DNA from: Gracilinanus agilis | Taxonomy: Eukaryota | Reading direction: 5' to 3' | Assembly: GCF_016433145.1 (NCBI RefSeq) | Contig: NC_058130.1 | Coordinates: forward strand, 99,904,044 to 99,961,070 | Length of the DNA stretch: 57,027 nucleotides | Shown here: positions 37,125 to 49,065 of the stretch, one piece after another | Position numbering within the stretch: the stretch's first letter is position 1 | Layout of the letters: the number at the start of each line of letters is the position of its first letter | Made by a program: the position numbers and the translations under genes | Notes under the pieces: generated by a model | Told to the model about the DNA's origin: nothing | Databases searched by the model: none | The model's input: only the letters and a program-made list of their open reading frames with translations

Positions 37125-38512
37125 CCGCCTCTAGAGGGAAGATCCAATGAAGAAGTGGACTTGTTGGATTTAGTAATGAGCTGACAGGCACCTTAGTGCT
37201 TGGCCCATTGAAGTCACTTGGAGTCTTCAAATGGTGAATCCCCTAGTACCTGTTGAGCCTGGCTCCTGAAAGAGGAAGAGATAGGCAACAGGGTTCTTTT
37301 TTTTCATATACAGATTTACCTTTTTAAAATTCTAACTCATTTTACCTTTATTTACCAACTTTGCACTTAGGTGATATATTCCACAGAAGGAAGGTATTAT
37401 ATTTGAGATTATGTTATTGAAAACAGTTTAAAAACTCCAAATTATGATAATAGCTGAAATTTACATGACTCTTTACAGTCTACAAAGCACTTTATACACA
37501 TAACATTATCAATTGATCCTCACAACCGTACAATGTGGTAATGGAAGTCTAAGTCACTTTGATTGTTGGGAAAGCAGTTCAACAGTATGGATTTAGAACT
37601 GGGAAGTTCCATTTTAAAATTTTCCTTAATAGTCCCATTGTTCTCTCTAGGTTCTCCCCATTGTTGTCTTCTACTGGAGTCTGCATTCTATGATATTTTT
37701 CTTATCATGTCATTGTGTTGGGAGTAATTATTTTTTGATGCTTATTTTACCTGAATTTCTAACTTTGGTTTTCATTTTCCTGACTCAACTTGCATTTCCC
37801 AGACCTTCTTATGTCTGTTTATGGGGTTTCCGGTCATTAGAACCTGGGAGTTAGGATTCCTGAATGCTCACAGACTGACTGACCATGGAATCCACATCCC
37901 TTTATGACTTAGTGATTCCATCTGTCAGGTGGGAAGAGCTCTCTTTGTATTTTGTTTTTCTTTTCACCTTTCCTCTCAGTCATGGAGAATAATTATTGTC
38001 TGATACTTGAAACAGGGGAATTGGGATGGGAAGTGGAGCTGTATGATGGAAAAATGTGAGACCACTAAGTTTAGGTAGGAATGGATTATGTCGAATTGGC
38101 AGCTCAGAGAAAGGAGCTGGCCTTGCTAAACAAACAGATCTTTGCCTTTAGGGAAATAGGATTTGGGCATTACCTGGAGATGCTCTCTGAAAGTATCTCA
38201 TTTTGCCTCAGTCCAGATGGGAGGAGAGCTGGCAAAGCTGTATCCATTGATAGTGTGAACTGAAAAGCAGAGAGCTGGGTGGGGTGAATTCCAGAAGTGG
38301 AAGTCACCATGCTAGTTGGGGGAGGGGGGCCCAGCAGGCAGGTTGTATGGTGTCAGATTCTTTCTGCGTGAACCCCACCCTGACATGCCTACTCCAGCCC
38401 AGGAGGGCTCCCTGCGTTTCCTTCAAACCTTTCCTGCCCTATCAAGCCTCAGACAGTGGCCTTACTCTATGTCAGCATTTCCTTTCTGTTGCTAAATAAG
38501 AATTCAGAGTTG

Positions 38513-38518
38513 AATAAA
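38513..38518 (+). terminator. CCDC51: First canonical AATAAA after the CCDC51 stop
   Basis: No AATAAA or ATTAAA seen between 37125 and 38512; T-rich sequence follows. Confidence 0.45.
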
Positions 38519-39059
38519 AGATCTGACTGATATGACTCTCATTTTATCTTCATTTTTTCTTTGGGGGAAGCTGTATTGTTCACCATATTGGGAGCAAAAT
38601 GGAGGAATAGCACCACCAGTGGCTCATTCCAATCACATACACATTGTAGTTTATTTGTTGAGCTGGAACTGGAACCTGGGAAGATTATTCCAGGTAGTAT
38701 CTTAACTCTTGGCTATGTTCTTGTGGTGCCTGACACCACATCTTTGAATAGCCCCACTTCCTGGATGGCTAACAGCATATTTAACATTAATAAGTTCCTC
38801 TACTATACAGTGTAATATGTTGGGCACTGAAGACATATATAAATAAGGAAAAATCCCTGCACTTATCATAGAATCATAGCTCAACATGCCTTATCCTCAA
38901 TGCCTTCTAAAAAAATGGTATCAAACATGACCACAACACTCCTCAGTACTGCCTAAACCGAAAGGAAAAGAGAATGGGAAATATTTAACAATATAAATAT
39001 AATATTATGGTTACATTTTAAAACTAAGTCAATTTATAGCTTAGAGGAATCCACATGTA

Positions 39060-39800
39060 TAGATTTGGTCCTCATTTCTTTTTGAATTTGATGTCACTGT
39101 TCTGTATTCCTGACAAGTGGTCATCCAACATTTATTTGAAGATATCCAAACATTTAAAATCGTGACCTCCTGCGGTAATTCAGTTTTCGGAAAACTCAAT
39201 TATTAAATTTTCTTTCATCTTGAGCCAGAAATATACTCCTATTTGCCTTCTTATATATGATAGCCCTTAAAGACCAGAAGATCATGCTTTTTTTTTTTTT
39301 TTTTTTTTTTTTTTGGCTAACCCTATCCAGTTCTTTCATATCCTTGAGGAGTCAGCTCCCTAGTCCTTTCACCATCTTGGCCATATTAACTTGAGAACAT
39401 CCTTCCTGAAATTTGGCACTCAACTGATTATAGTTCACATTGTGGTCTGACCAAAGCATTCTGTAACCTTTCATTCTGGACAGTATGTTTCTGTTAATAT
39501 CCTTTTAGGGTTGCATTAGCTTTTGGGGGAAGTCATGTCTCAATTTATTGGGCTTATAATTTGTTAATCCCACAGATATTTTTCATATGAAAACTTGTCT
39601 TCATGTCTTTCCCATTCTGTACTCATATAGTTTATTTTTTTTTTAAATCAATGACAAGCATTCACATTTCTATCAACTTTCCTTTTGTTAGATCTAGCCC
39701 ATCATTCCATCCCAAGGGATTCGAAGGATCACTTTGGATCCTGATCCTATTCATGTCATAAGTGAATTTAATAAGCATGCCTTTATCGTCCAAGTGCTGA
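39060..39800 (-). mobile_element. L3/CR1 relic
   Basis: cctgacaagtggtcatccaac...gaag... resembles the reverse CR1 3' end. Confidence 0.55.
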
Positions 39801-40213
39801 ATAGAACTGGGCCAGGGGATGGTGTAAGTCTAATAGAGGAGATAACACAAATGATTACAGTGGAATGTTAATTGTATGAGATAAGCATAACGTACTCTGA
39901 ACATTCATGAGGGAGAGATAATTTATGGCCATGAATATGAGGGAAGGCTTTATAGAGGAGCTGGCATTTGAAGTGGGTCTTAAACCACAAGGTTTTGATC
40001 AGATGGACATGGAAAGGACATTCTGAGAATAGGAAACTAAGGAAAGTTACAAAGGTGGGAAAGTTTAGGACATGTTTGAGGAATCTGATCTGTCATTACA
40101 AATCTTATGGATAGGAACCCTAGTAAAAAAAATACATTTCCATCCTAATCACAATGAGACGGGACTCCTAGCTGCCAAATGGAAAACCACCTATTCCCTT
40201 GCTATCATTTCCT

Positions 40214-40216
<3 letters not shown>

Positions 40217-40270
<54 letters not shown>
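40217..40270. repeat. (CT)27 microsatellite
   Basis: Read directly. Confidence 0.95.
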
Positions 40271-40277
<7 letters not shown>

Positions 40278-40329
40278 TTTTCCAGCCTTTAACTTCCATC
40301 TGGTTTCAAGGCAGAAGAGTGGTAAGGGC

Positions 40330-40497
40330 NNNNNNNNNNNNNNNNNNNNNNNNNNNNNNNNNNNNNNNNNNNNNNNNNNNNNNNNNNNNNNNNNNNNNNN
40401 NNNNNNNNNNNNNNNNNNNNNNNNNNNNNNNNNNNNNNNNNNNNNNNNNNNNNNNNNNNNNNNNNNNNNNNNNNNNNNNNNNNNNNNNNNNNNNNNN
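40330..40497. other. Assembly gap (168 N) between SINE tail sequences
   Basis: N run; SINE sequence at about 40283-40329 and 40498-40677. Confidence 0.99.
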
Positions 40498-40689
40498 TTA
40501 GAATCAATACTGTATTTGTTCCAAGGCAGAACTGGGGTAAGAGCTAGGCAATGGGAGTTGTGACTTTCCCAGGGACACAGAGCTAGGAAATTCTCTGAGG
40601 CCAGATTTGAACCCAAGACGACCTGTGTCTAGGCCTGGCTTCTAAATCCACTGAACCACCTAGTTGAGTCTGCCCCTATGGGTCCCCAT

Positions 40690-43030
40690 TCTCTTAATCT
40701 CACGCAGCTTAGCCCTATCCTTCCCTTTTCATTGTGCCTTGTGGAACCCTTGTTCTACTATTAATGAACTTCCCTTCATTTTTTACCTTTTCTTACTGTA
40801 TGTTCTTATTTCAGCACTCATGAAAACCTGGTTTCCCTTGAAAGCATCTTCTCTAGTAGTAGATGCACTTTCTCTTGTGCCTTTTGGCATAAAGAATCAG
40901 GAAGAGTAGACATGCTCCTTGCTTCCCATTGAGACTTCCAGACACCCTCTCTCAGCCACCATCATTTAGCTTCTCCTTTGAGATTTTTACCATTCTGAAA
41001 TATTTTAGATCCTGGATATATTCAGGCTCCCAGGTCATTCTCCCTATTTCCTCAAGGATGTCAATTCCTAGCTTACCATTTTCCCCACCTTAGACTCTGC
41101 CCTTATACTTGGAGACATCAATATACACATTGGTATTTCCTCAAGCACACTGGCCTCCATGTTTTTCCACCTCCAGTCCCATGACCTACACTTTATTCAT
41201 CTCTACTTAATACAGGTATGATCATACCCCCAATCTCAAGATCATCTAAATATTATTGAAATATATCCCTTTCCCCTATCCTTAAATGAACTTTCACATG
41301 ATTCTACTATCTCCCCAAGCTATCATCTTATATTTTTACTTCTTAGAAAAACTTGACTATACTCACTCTTCTCATTTCCTGACCCCTCGAATCTCATTCC
41401 CTTATAATTCTGACTTATGTCTTTATGACTCACCTGAAACTTCTCTCCAAGATGACCAGTGTTCTTAATGGCCACGTCTCAGTCCTCATTCGTCTTGACC
41501 CTTGCAGCATCTAATATTCTTGACCATTTTTTCCTTCCCAGATACTCTCTTCTCTCTGGGTTTTTATGTCCCTGATTCTCTTCCTATTTTATTCATTTAT
41601 TTATTCCTGACTTTTCTCAGTGTCCTTTTCTGGCAATTACAGTATCTGTATTTTGCCCTGATGGGTTTTTGTGTACCCTAGGGGTTCTTCTCTCTCCTTT
41701 CTTGGTGACTTCATCAATTCCCATAGGTTAAACATTTATGAAAATATAACTTTAGGTCATATCACCAATAGTCTATTGTACATCTTAAATTAATATCCTT
41801 TAGGCAGCTCAGATTCAACATGTCCAAAACAAACTCCTATCTTATTGTAACGCTCTTGGCATGCCTAGCACTTTACAAATGTTAGCTTAATATTATTATC
41901 TGTTCCTCAAGTCCATTTCCTAACTTCCCTATATCTTTTGAAAGCATCATCCTTTTAGTCATTCTCTGACTCTTCCCTTTCCCTCACCTCTCACATCCAA
42001 TCATTTGCCTGGTCTTATCTATTCTATTTCCAAAACATTCCTTGTATCCATCTCTTCTTTCTACTCATATGGCCACTGCAATAGTGAGTATACAGGGTGT
42101 TCAGGGAAGGCTAGTACCTCTGGCATGAGGGCTTGCTGAGCCCTTTTCAGGGCTGTTCACCCTCCTTTGGTGTCCACCTGCCACCCAGCTCTCACCTGTG
42201 GCTCCAAGAAGCTGTAGCATGCACAACGGCCACTCCCAGTAAACCATTTTGGGAAGGTGGGCTAAATCGGGTTCAGGGTAACCCACAGACCTAAAACCCA
42301 TTGCTGAATCAGGTGAGTATTCACCTCAGTTATAGGAAGATGCCCCCTGGCAGGATGGGCAGATTTGAGAACAATTTGTTCCAATGGCCATGAAGATGAC
42401 TTGTAGGCACTGTGGAGTGCTTAGAGCTTGGTCAGACATCAAAGATGCCATGCTCATCCACTGCATCCCTGGCCATTACCAGTGGTTCTGAAGTTTGTCT
42501 TGCCACTGGACTTTGATGACTGGAGGAGAGTGAAAATGAAAACTGAGCAACTGTGCCTCACTTAAATCCAATTTATGCGTGGGCCAAAGGATATCACCAG
42601 TGATACTATTTTGGTTCTCTTCAAGAGAATGAAGAACAACCACCAACCAACTACAAGCACCACCTTGTTTCAAGCCCTCATCATTTGTTGCCTGGACCAT
42701 TACAGGAACCTCTTACTTGGTGATTTCTGCCTTGTCTCTCCCCTCTCCCATTCATCTTCCTCATAGCTTCCAAATTAATAGTTATAAAGCACAGGGCTGA
42801 CTGTGCCATTCTTGCCTCTAGGATAAAATACAATATTCAAATTAAAGCCAACAATTTAAAGTTGTTCACACTCTGGCTCCAGCCAATTTTCGAGGTTAAT
42901 CATATATTATTCAATCTCATAGACTTGACACTCTAGCCTACAATATTTCATATTTCCATGTTGGATATATTCCATCTCTTTCCTGCTTCTTCTGGCCTGG
43001 AGTGCTTTCCCTCTTCAGCTTCAATTAAGA
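40690..43030 (+). mobile_element. Long L2 relic interrupted by an RTE-related insert
   Basis: L2-like pyrimidine-rich text (tgaaacctgg..., ctccaagatgacc...ttgaccct) on both sides of 42095-42600. Confidence 0.55.
42095..42600. mobile_element. RTE-clade fragment or RTE-related SINE
   Basis: tcagggaaggctag...ccaagaagctgtagcatgc...cttagagcttggtcagacatc...cacttaaatccaat resembles a recalled marsupial RTE-related repeat; family name uncertain. Confidence 0.65.
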
Positions 43031-43044
43031 GTCCTTAGCATTTA

Positions 43045-43478
43045 AAAAAAAATCTTATCTTCTCTCTGAGAATCTATACTAAGTATCAGTTCCAAAGCAG
43101 AAGGAGATAAAGGCTAGGCAACTGGGGTTAAGTGACTTGCCCAGAGTCACACAGCTAGGAAGTGTCTGAGCTCATATTTAAACCTAGGATGTTCCAGCTC
43201 CAGGCCAAGCTTTCTATCCACTGAGTCACTTAGCTGCCCCTCCTAGCATCTTTATTTTTTAGTTTTTTTATTTAAAATTATTTTTAAACCCTTACCTTCC
43301 GTCTTAAAATCAATATTGGGTATTGGTTCTAAGGCAGAAGAACTGTAAGAGCTAGGCAATGGGGGTTAAGTGGCTTGCCCAGGGTCACACAGCTAGGAAG
43401 TGTCTGAGGCCAGATTGGAACCCAGGACCTCCCATCTCTGGGCCTGACTCTCAATCCACTGAACCACCCAGATGCCCC
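43045..43478 (-). mobile_element. Two tandem CORE-SINEs (43045-43240 and 43255-43478)
   Basis: Two full units separated by a copy of the target site. Confidence 0.88.
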
Positions 43479-45171
43479 ACTTCCTAGCATGTTTAATGGC
43501 TCTAATCAAATGCCATCTCCTACACAAGGTCTGTTCTCATCCTCCCAAGTTGCTAGTGCCTTCCCCATAAGGAAGTTACTTTTTATATATTTTGTATTTC
43601 CTTATATGTAGTCATGTTATTTCCCTTATAATTTTCTTGAGGGCAGGGACATGTTTGTTTTTGTCTTTCTATATGAATTGTCTAACATAAAGCCTGATAC
43701 ATATTAGGCGCTGCTGGTAAGAATGTATACTTGTACCTCTTATGCCCATGGTATATTTTTTATTTTATTTTAATTATATTATTATATATAACATTGGCAT
43801 AATTTATCTTATTAATAATATGTATTCTTTATTATTATAGTAGATGTGACTAAATTTCTCTGCTAGAGTATAAGGTCCTTCTTGAGGCAAAGAATCATAT
43901 TATGTATCTTAATAAATCTTATTTCCTTAATATTTCCTTATGCTCAGCATAGTGCATTGTAAATAACAAGCACTAAAGGGTTGTTCAGTAAATTGGAGAG
44001 GGAAGAAACCAGAGGCAGGAAGGCAGCTCATGTGAGATGTAATGAGGGCCCAGAGGAGGGATGGGAATGGGAAAGGGGGAATAAATTACATGAGAGGTAA
44101 TACAGAGTTAGAGGTGGCAGGATTTGGGACGACTGGCAGAAGTTCAAAAATGATCCTGTTCATCCTAGGGACCTGGGAGAATGGCAGGAGAACTGGGGAG
44201 TCAGGAGGAAAAGCAAGTTTTGGAGGAAAAATGATGAGTTTGTTTTGAATACGTATTTATTATGAGTGCTATGTACACACAGCAGGTAATTTAGGCTGTG
44301 CAGGGGATGCAATATTTACTTAATAAAAGCTGGCATTTATAGAGAACAGAAACATTTCTATAGCACATTATAAACATCTCCTTTGATCCTCACAACCTTG
44401 TGATGTAGAAACTTATAGATATTCTCACCATTTTGCAGATGAGTTACCTGAGGCATGGAAAGAGTAAGTGACTTGTCTAAGGTCACATATCGAGGAAGCA
44501 TCATACAAGGGCAGCATTTGATCTTAGGTCTGCTAGACTTCAAATATAACACTCCTGGAGTCCATCTCAAATAGAAACAGAAGATAAAACTACAAATTAA
44601 CATTATGTTTTATTGAATTTTTATTTATTTTGTTAAACATTTCCCATTATATTTTAATCTGGTTGTAATTTTTTGGGCTGCATGCCTCTACTCTACAACA
44701 TGTTGCTTCATTTGTGACATCATGCCTGATCTCTAGGAGTTTACAGTCCAGCTTAGAAGATACATACACGAATAATTTTAACACCAGATCCTACCTAAGG
44801 TGTACAAATGAATGAAAAAAGCATTTATTAAGTGCATATGTGCAAAGGAAAGTATTCAGTGCTGGGAATAAAAAAATAATAATAGCTACCATTTATATTC
44901 TACTTACTACATGCCAGGCACTGTGCAAAGCACTTTATAATTAGGATCTCATTTAATCGTTACAATAACTCTGGAAGGTAGGTGCTATTATTATTCCCCA
45001 TTTTACAAGTGAGAAAACTGAGGCAAACAGTCAAGTGACTTGCCCAGAGTCAAACGACTAGTTAGTATCTGAGGCCAGAGTTGAGCTCAAGTCTTCCTGA
45101 CTCCAGGCCCAGCACTATCCACTGCACCATAAAAAAAGTGGAGACAGTCTGTTCTATAGGTACTCATTTTA

Positions 45172-45382
45172 TTTTATTATTTTTTTTTTTAAACCCTTAC
45201 CTTCCATCTTGGAGTCAATACTATGTATTGGCTCCAAGGCAGAAGAATGGTAAGGGTGGGCAATGGGGGTCAAGTGACTTGCCCAGGGTCACACAGCTGG
45301 GAAGGGTCTGAGACCAAATTTGAAACTATGACCACCCATCTCCAGGCCTGGCTCTCAATCCACTGAGCTACCCAGCTGCCCC
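45172..45382 (-). mobile_element. CORE-SINE with 18-bp TSD
   Basis: TSD CTATAGGTACTCATTTTA at 45154-45171 and 45383-45400. Confidence 0.92.
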
Positions 45383-46569
45383 CTATAGGTACTCATTTTA
45401 ATTGGAGCAGATGACAAATAAAAATTGAGTTGTAGGGAAAATGGCTTTAAGTCCTAGGAATCCTCAGGTTCCATAAGTAGGGGATGACAGTGCCAGGGGA
45501 CTTCAGGGCATTAAGGCAGGGCACATGGTAAGAACTGATGGTCCAGAAGGAATAGAATTGTTGACTTCCACTGTATCCAGGCCATGTGAACTTGTTTGTG
45601 TAAGTACAATAGACAAGTGGTGTAGGAATTCAACTAGGAGAGAGATTGCTTCTGGCTTGGGGATTGGTAAAGGCCTTATAAAGGAGATAGTACTCAAAGG
45701 ATGGGTAGGATTCTGAACTAGGGATAACGGGAGAGTGTTCCCTGTAGGTGGAACAACAGAAATAAAGTCAAAGAGACAGAAAAATTAAGGCATGTTTGGG
45801 GGGATGTGCCTGGACCAAAGTGGCCAGATCAGGGAGTATGTAGTGGGAGCAGTTGGAGCTAAGGTTAGAAAGGTGGACTAGGCAGCTAAATGGTGCAGGG
45901 CTTTGAACTTCAGGCCTATCTTGAAATCAATGGGAAAACAATAGATTTTTGAGCATGGAAGTGAGTCCTTGGAATCTTTTAAGAAAATTAATCTGGTGCC
46001 ATGGATATTTGGAGGAAAGAGGAGGCAGAGCTAGGTGGATATTGCAGTGATCCAGATAAATATCAGATAAGGGAAAATCGACAGGGAAATGAATAATTGA
46101 TTATTGTGAGGAGCAAGTTAAAGATGGGCAGGGGATTTTTCCTCTTTGGGTTATGTTACTTTTTCAGGTAAAAAGAAATTAAACCAACCCCAAAACACCC
46201 TGAGCTGCCTGTTTCCCAATCTCTAAGCCCCATATATTGGTCCTTTATTGTGCAGAGTTCCATCCAAGAAAGTGAGCTCATCTGGATCCTTCCCAAGCTC
46301 CAGGCTTTGAAATTTTCCTGAACAGACTTTAAGATGCCCGTGCATGGCGGCAGATGGAAGGCGTTGTTCAGTCTTGCTCTTTCAAACTTTCTAGAAGAAA
46401 AATCTGGTTCAGAAGCAGAGACAAATCTAATGCTTTGGCCATTGCGAATGAGCCTCAGCTCATTTTCTAGCCTGTAGTTTGCTAGCATAAGAGTTCTGGG
46501 ATTCACAGAGTTTTACTTAAAGAGGCCTCCTAGGCAAAGAGGAACTAGAGTGGAGGAGGAAAAGTTTGT

Positions 46570-47640
46570 GGCTACTGGTGGGAATGGATTTGATGTGTTG
46601 ACCAGGTAGTGGATAGAAAAAAGATGGTACCTACATTTTTAGAAATGTTTGTAAAAATTGAGGTTGTTAGGGAAGCTCTGGGAAAAAGGAACTAGGACTG
46701 GAATGATTTTTGAATAGAAGCAATTCTTTCCACTAAAATCCTGAGCAGAGGAATTGAAGGGGATTAAGGAAATAGGGACAAAAGACGAAAATCCTTTGGA
46801 TGAAGGAGGATTTATGGTAGGTATACTCCTAAAATTTGCAGATGACACAAAGGTGGGAAGAAAAGCTATTTCAGTGAATGACAGAGTCAAGATGAATCTG
46901 ATAGTCAGGCTAGAGCATTGGGCTGACTCCCTTTTCAGTCCTCATCTGTAGTGTTGTGTTCAGCTCTAGGCACTGAAGCCGAAGGACATTAATAAGCCAG
47001 AGAATGTTTGAATGGGGTGATGTTAAGCCATCTTGAGTTCAGGACTCCTGATGATCAGTTGAAAGAAGTGGTCAGATTTAGCCTGGAGAAAAGAAGATTC
47101 TGGGGAAACATGACAGCTGTGGTCAAATATTTGAAGGGCAATCATGTCTAAGATGGGCAGCTAGCTGGCAAAGTAGATATAGGTTGGAATCGGGAAAACA
47201 TTATTATGTGTTCAAATCTGGCCTCAGACACTTCCTAGCTGTGTGACCCTGAGCAAATCACTTAACCCTGTTTGCCTCCGTTTCCTAATCTGTAAAATGA
47301 GCTGGAGAAGAACGGCAGACCACTCCAGGGTCCTTGCCAAGAAAACTCCAGATGGGGTCACAAAGAGTGAGACACAAATGAAGTATCTGAACAACAAGCC
47401 TGTCTAAAAGAAAGGATTTGGCTTGCTCTGTTTGGCAAAACCAGGAACAAGGGGAGAAGTTGCAAAAAGGTCAATTTAGGCTTAATAGAAGGAGAAACTT
47501 CCTAAGAATTAGAGCTGTCCAAAAATGGAATGGCTTGCCTCCAGGAGAAGTGGATCCCCACTCCTTGAAGGTGTTTAGGCAAAGGCTTGATTACTACTTC
47601 TCAGATTATAGTGGGTATTCCTTGGCATATAGGTTCAATT
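46570..47640 (+). mobile_element. L3/CR1 ORF2 relic with a nested MAR1-type SINE (about 47157-47400)
   Basis: ORF peptides LLKFADDTKVG (RT motif) and QFRLNRRRNFLRIRAVQKWNGLP (CR1 C-terminus). Confidence 0.85.
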
Positions 47641-48854
47641 AAAATAATAATAACAGTTAGTATTTTTATATGCTGCACACTGTGCTAAGTATTTTACAAG
47701 TGTTATTCTGTTTGATTATCACAACAGTCCTCAGAAGTAAATGTTATTACTATTCTCATTTTACAATTGAGGAAACCAAGAAAGGTTTCTTGGTGACTTG
47801 CCCAAGGTCACATATAGTAAGTGTCTGAGAATGGATTTGAACTCTACTTTTTCTGACTGCAGGCCCTGTGCTCTGTCCACTGCACTACCTAGCTGCCTCT
47901 AGAGGGCCACTAAGGACCCTTCCAACTTTTAAATGTTGTGGTTCTATAGCATTATCGATCAGAAATTTAATTAAATATAGTAGGTATATAACCAGAGACA
48001 TCATGATATAGCAGTAGCTTTGGAGTCAGAAAGACCTGCTTTCATATGACCCTGAACAAATCACCTATTGGTGCCCCAGAAAATGTCTCTGACTATCAAT
48101 TTCAGCAAAGGAGCCTATCTACATTGATGGAAGACATTCTTTACCAAGAGCTTCCTATCTAGACAAAATCATACATATGGTCAAAAAAAAAAAAAAGTGG
48201 TAGGCACAAGGGACCCAATAACAAAAATGAAAGTTTCTGCCCTCAGGCAGCTTGTAGTTTATTATTATTTAATTGACAGACATGTATCCAGAGAAGTAAA
48301 TGTAAATTATACACAAAGTAGCTTCTGGTGGGGTGTGGGGAAGGGCTGTTTACTGTAATGGAGAAGATGAAGACAAAGCTGGGCTTTTAAGGGAGCTAGG
48401 AAATCCACAAGGCAGAAGGAGAGTTTGGAGAATGTTCCAATCAGTCAGTAAATGTTTATTATGTGCCTACTATGTGCAAGGCACTGTGCTAAGCACTGGG
48501 GATTAAAAAAATAAAAAAGAGGCAAAAGACAGTTCCTGCACTCAAGAAACTCACAATCTAATGGGGGAGACAACAAGTAAGTAAATACATATAGGCAAGC
48601 TATATACAGGGTAAAATGGAAATGATTAAGAGAAGGAAGGCAACAGAATTAAGAGGTGGAAGGGAATATCTTGAATGTGTATCATAGGATCATAGAATTA
48701 GACATGGAAGGAAACTTTAGAGTCCACTTAGTCCAATTTGGTTGAATTGCAAATTTCCTGAGAGAGAGAAGTATCAGATTAGTCTGGATAGAAAGTTAGG
48801 AGCCACTCTGTGAAAGGCTTTAAATGCCAAATAGATGAGTTTGTAGGCTAGAGT

Positions 48855-49065
48855 CCTGGGTTTGGAGTCAGGAAGTCTAAACTTCATGAGTTCAAATCTG
48901 GCCTCAGATGTGTCCTAGCTGTGTGACTCTGGGCAAGTTCTTTAACCCTGTTTGCCTCAGTTTCTTCTGTAAAATGAGCTGGAGAAGGAAGTGGCCCACT
49001 ATTCCAGTATCTTTGCCAAGAAAACCCCAAATGGAGTCATGAAGAGTCAGACACAAAGGAACAAA
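48855..49065 (+). mobile_element. MAR1-type SINE
   Basis: gagttcaaatctggcctcag core followed by a ggagaaggaagtggcc...tttgccaagaaaacccc tail. Confidence 0.75.

Noticed and set aside
40283-40560. Apparent SINE tail duplication across the gap
   Set aside because: Both flanks are repeat sequence at a contig join; a mis-join cannot be excluded.
46393-46422. RRKIWFRSRD, resembling homeodomain helix 3 (KIWFQNRR)
   Set aside because: The invariant Asn is absent, upstream helices do not match and an in-frame stop lies upstream.
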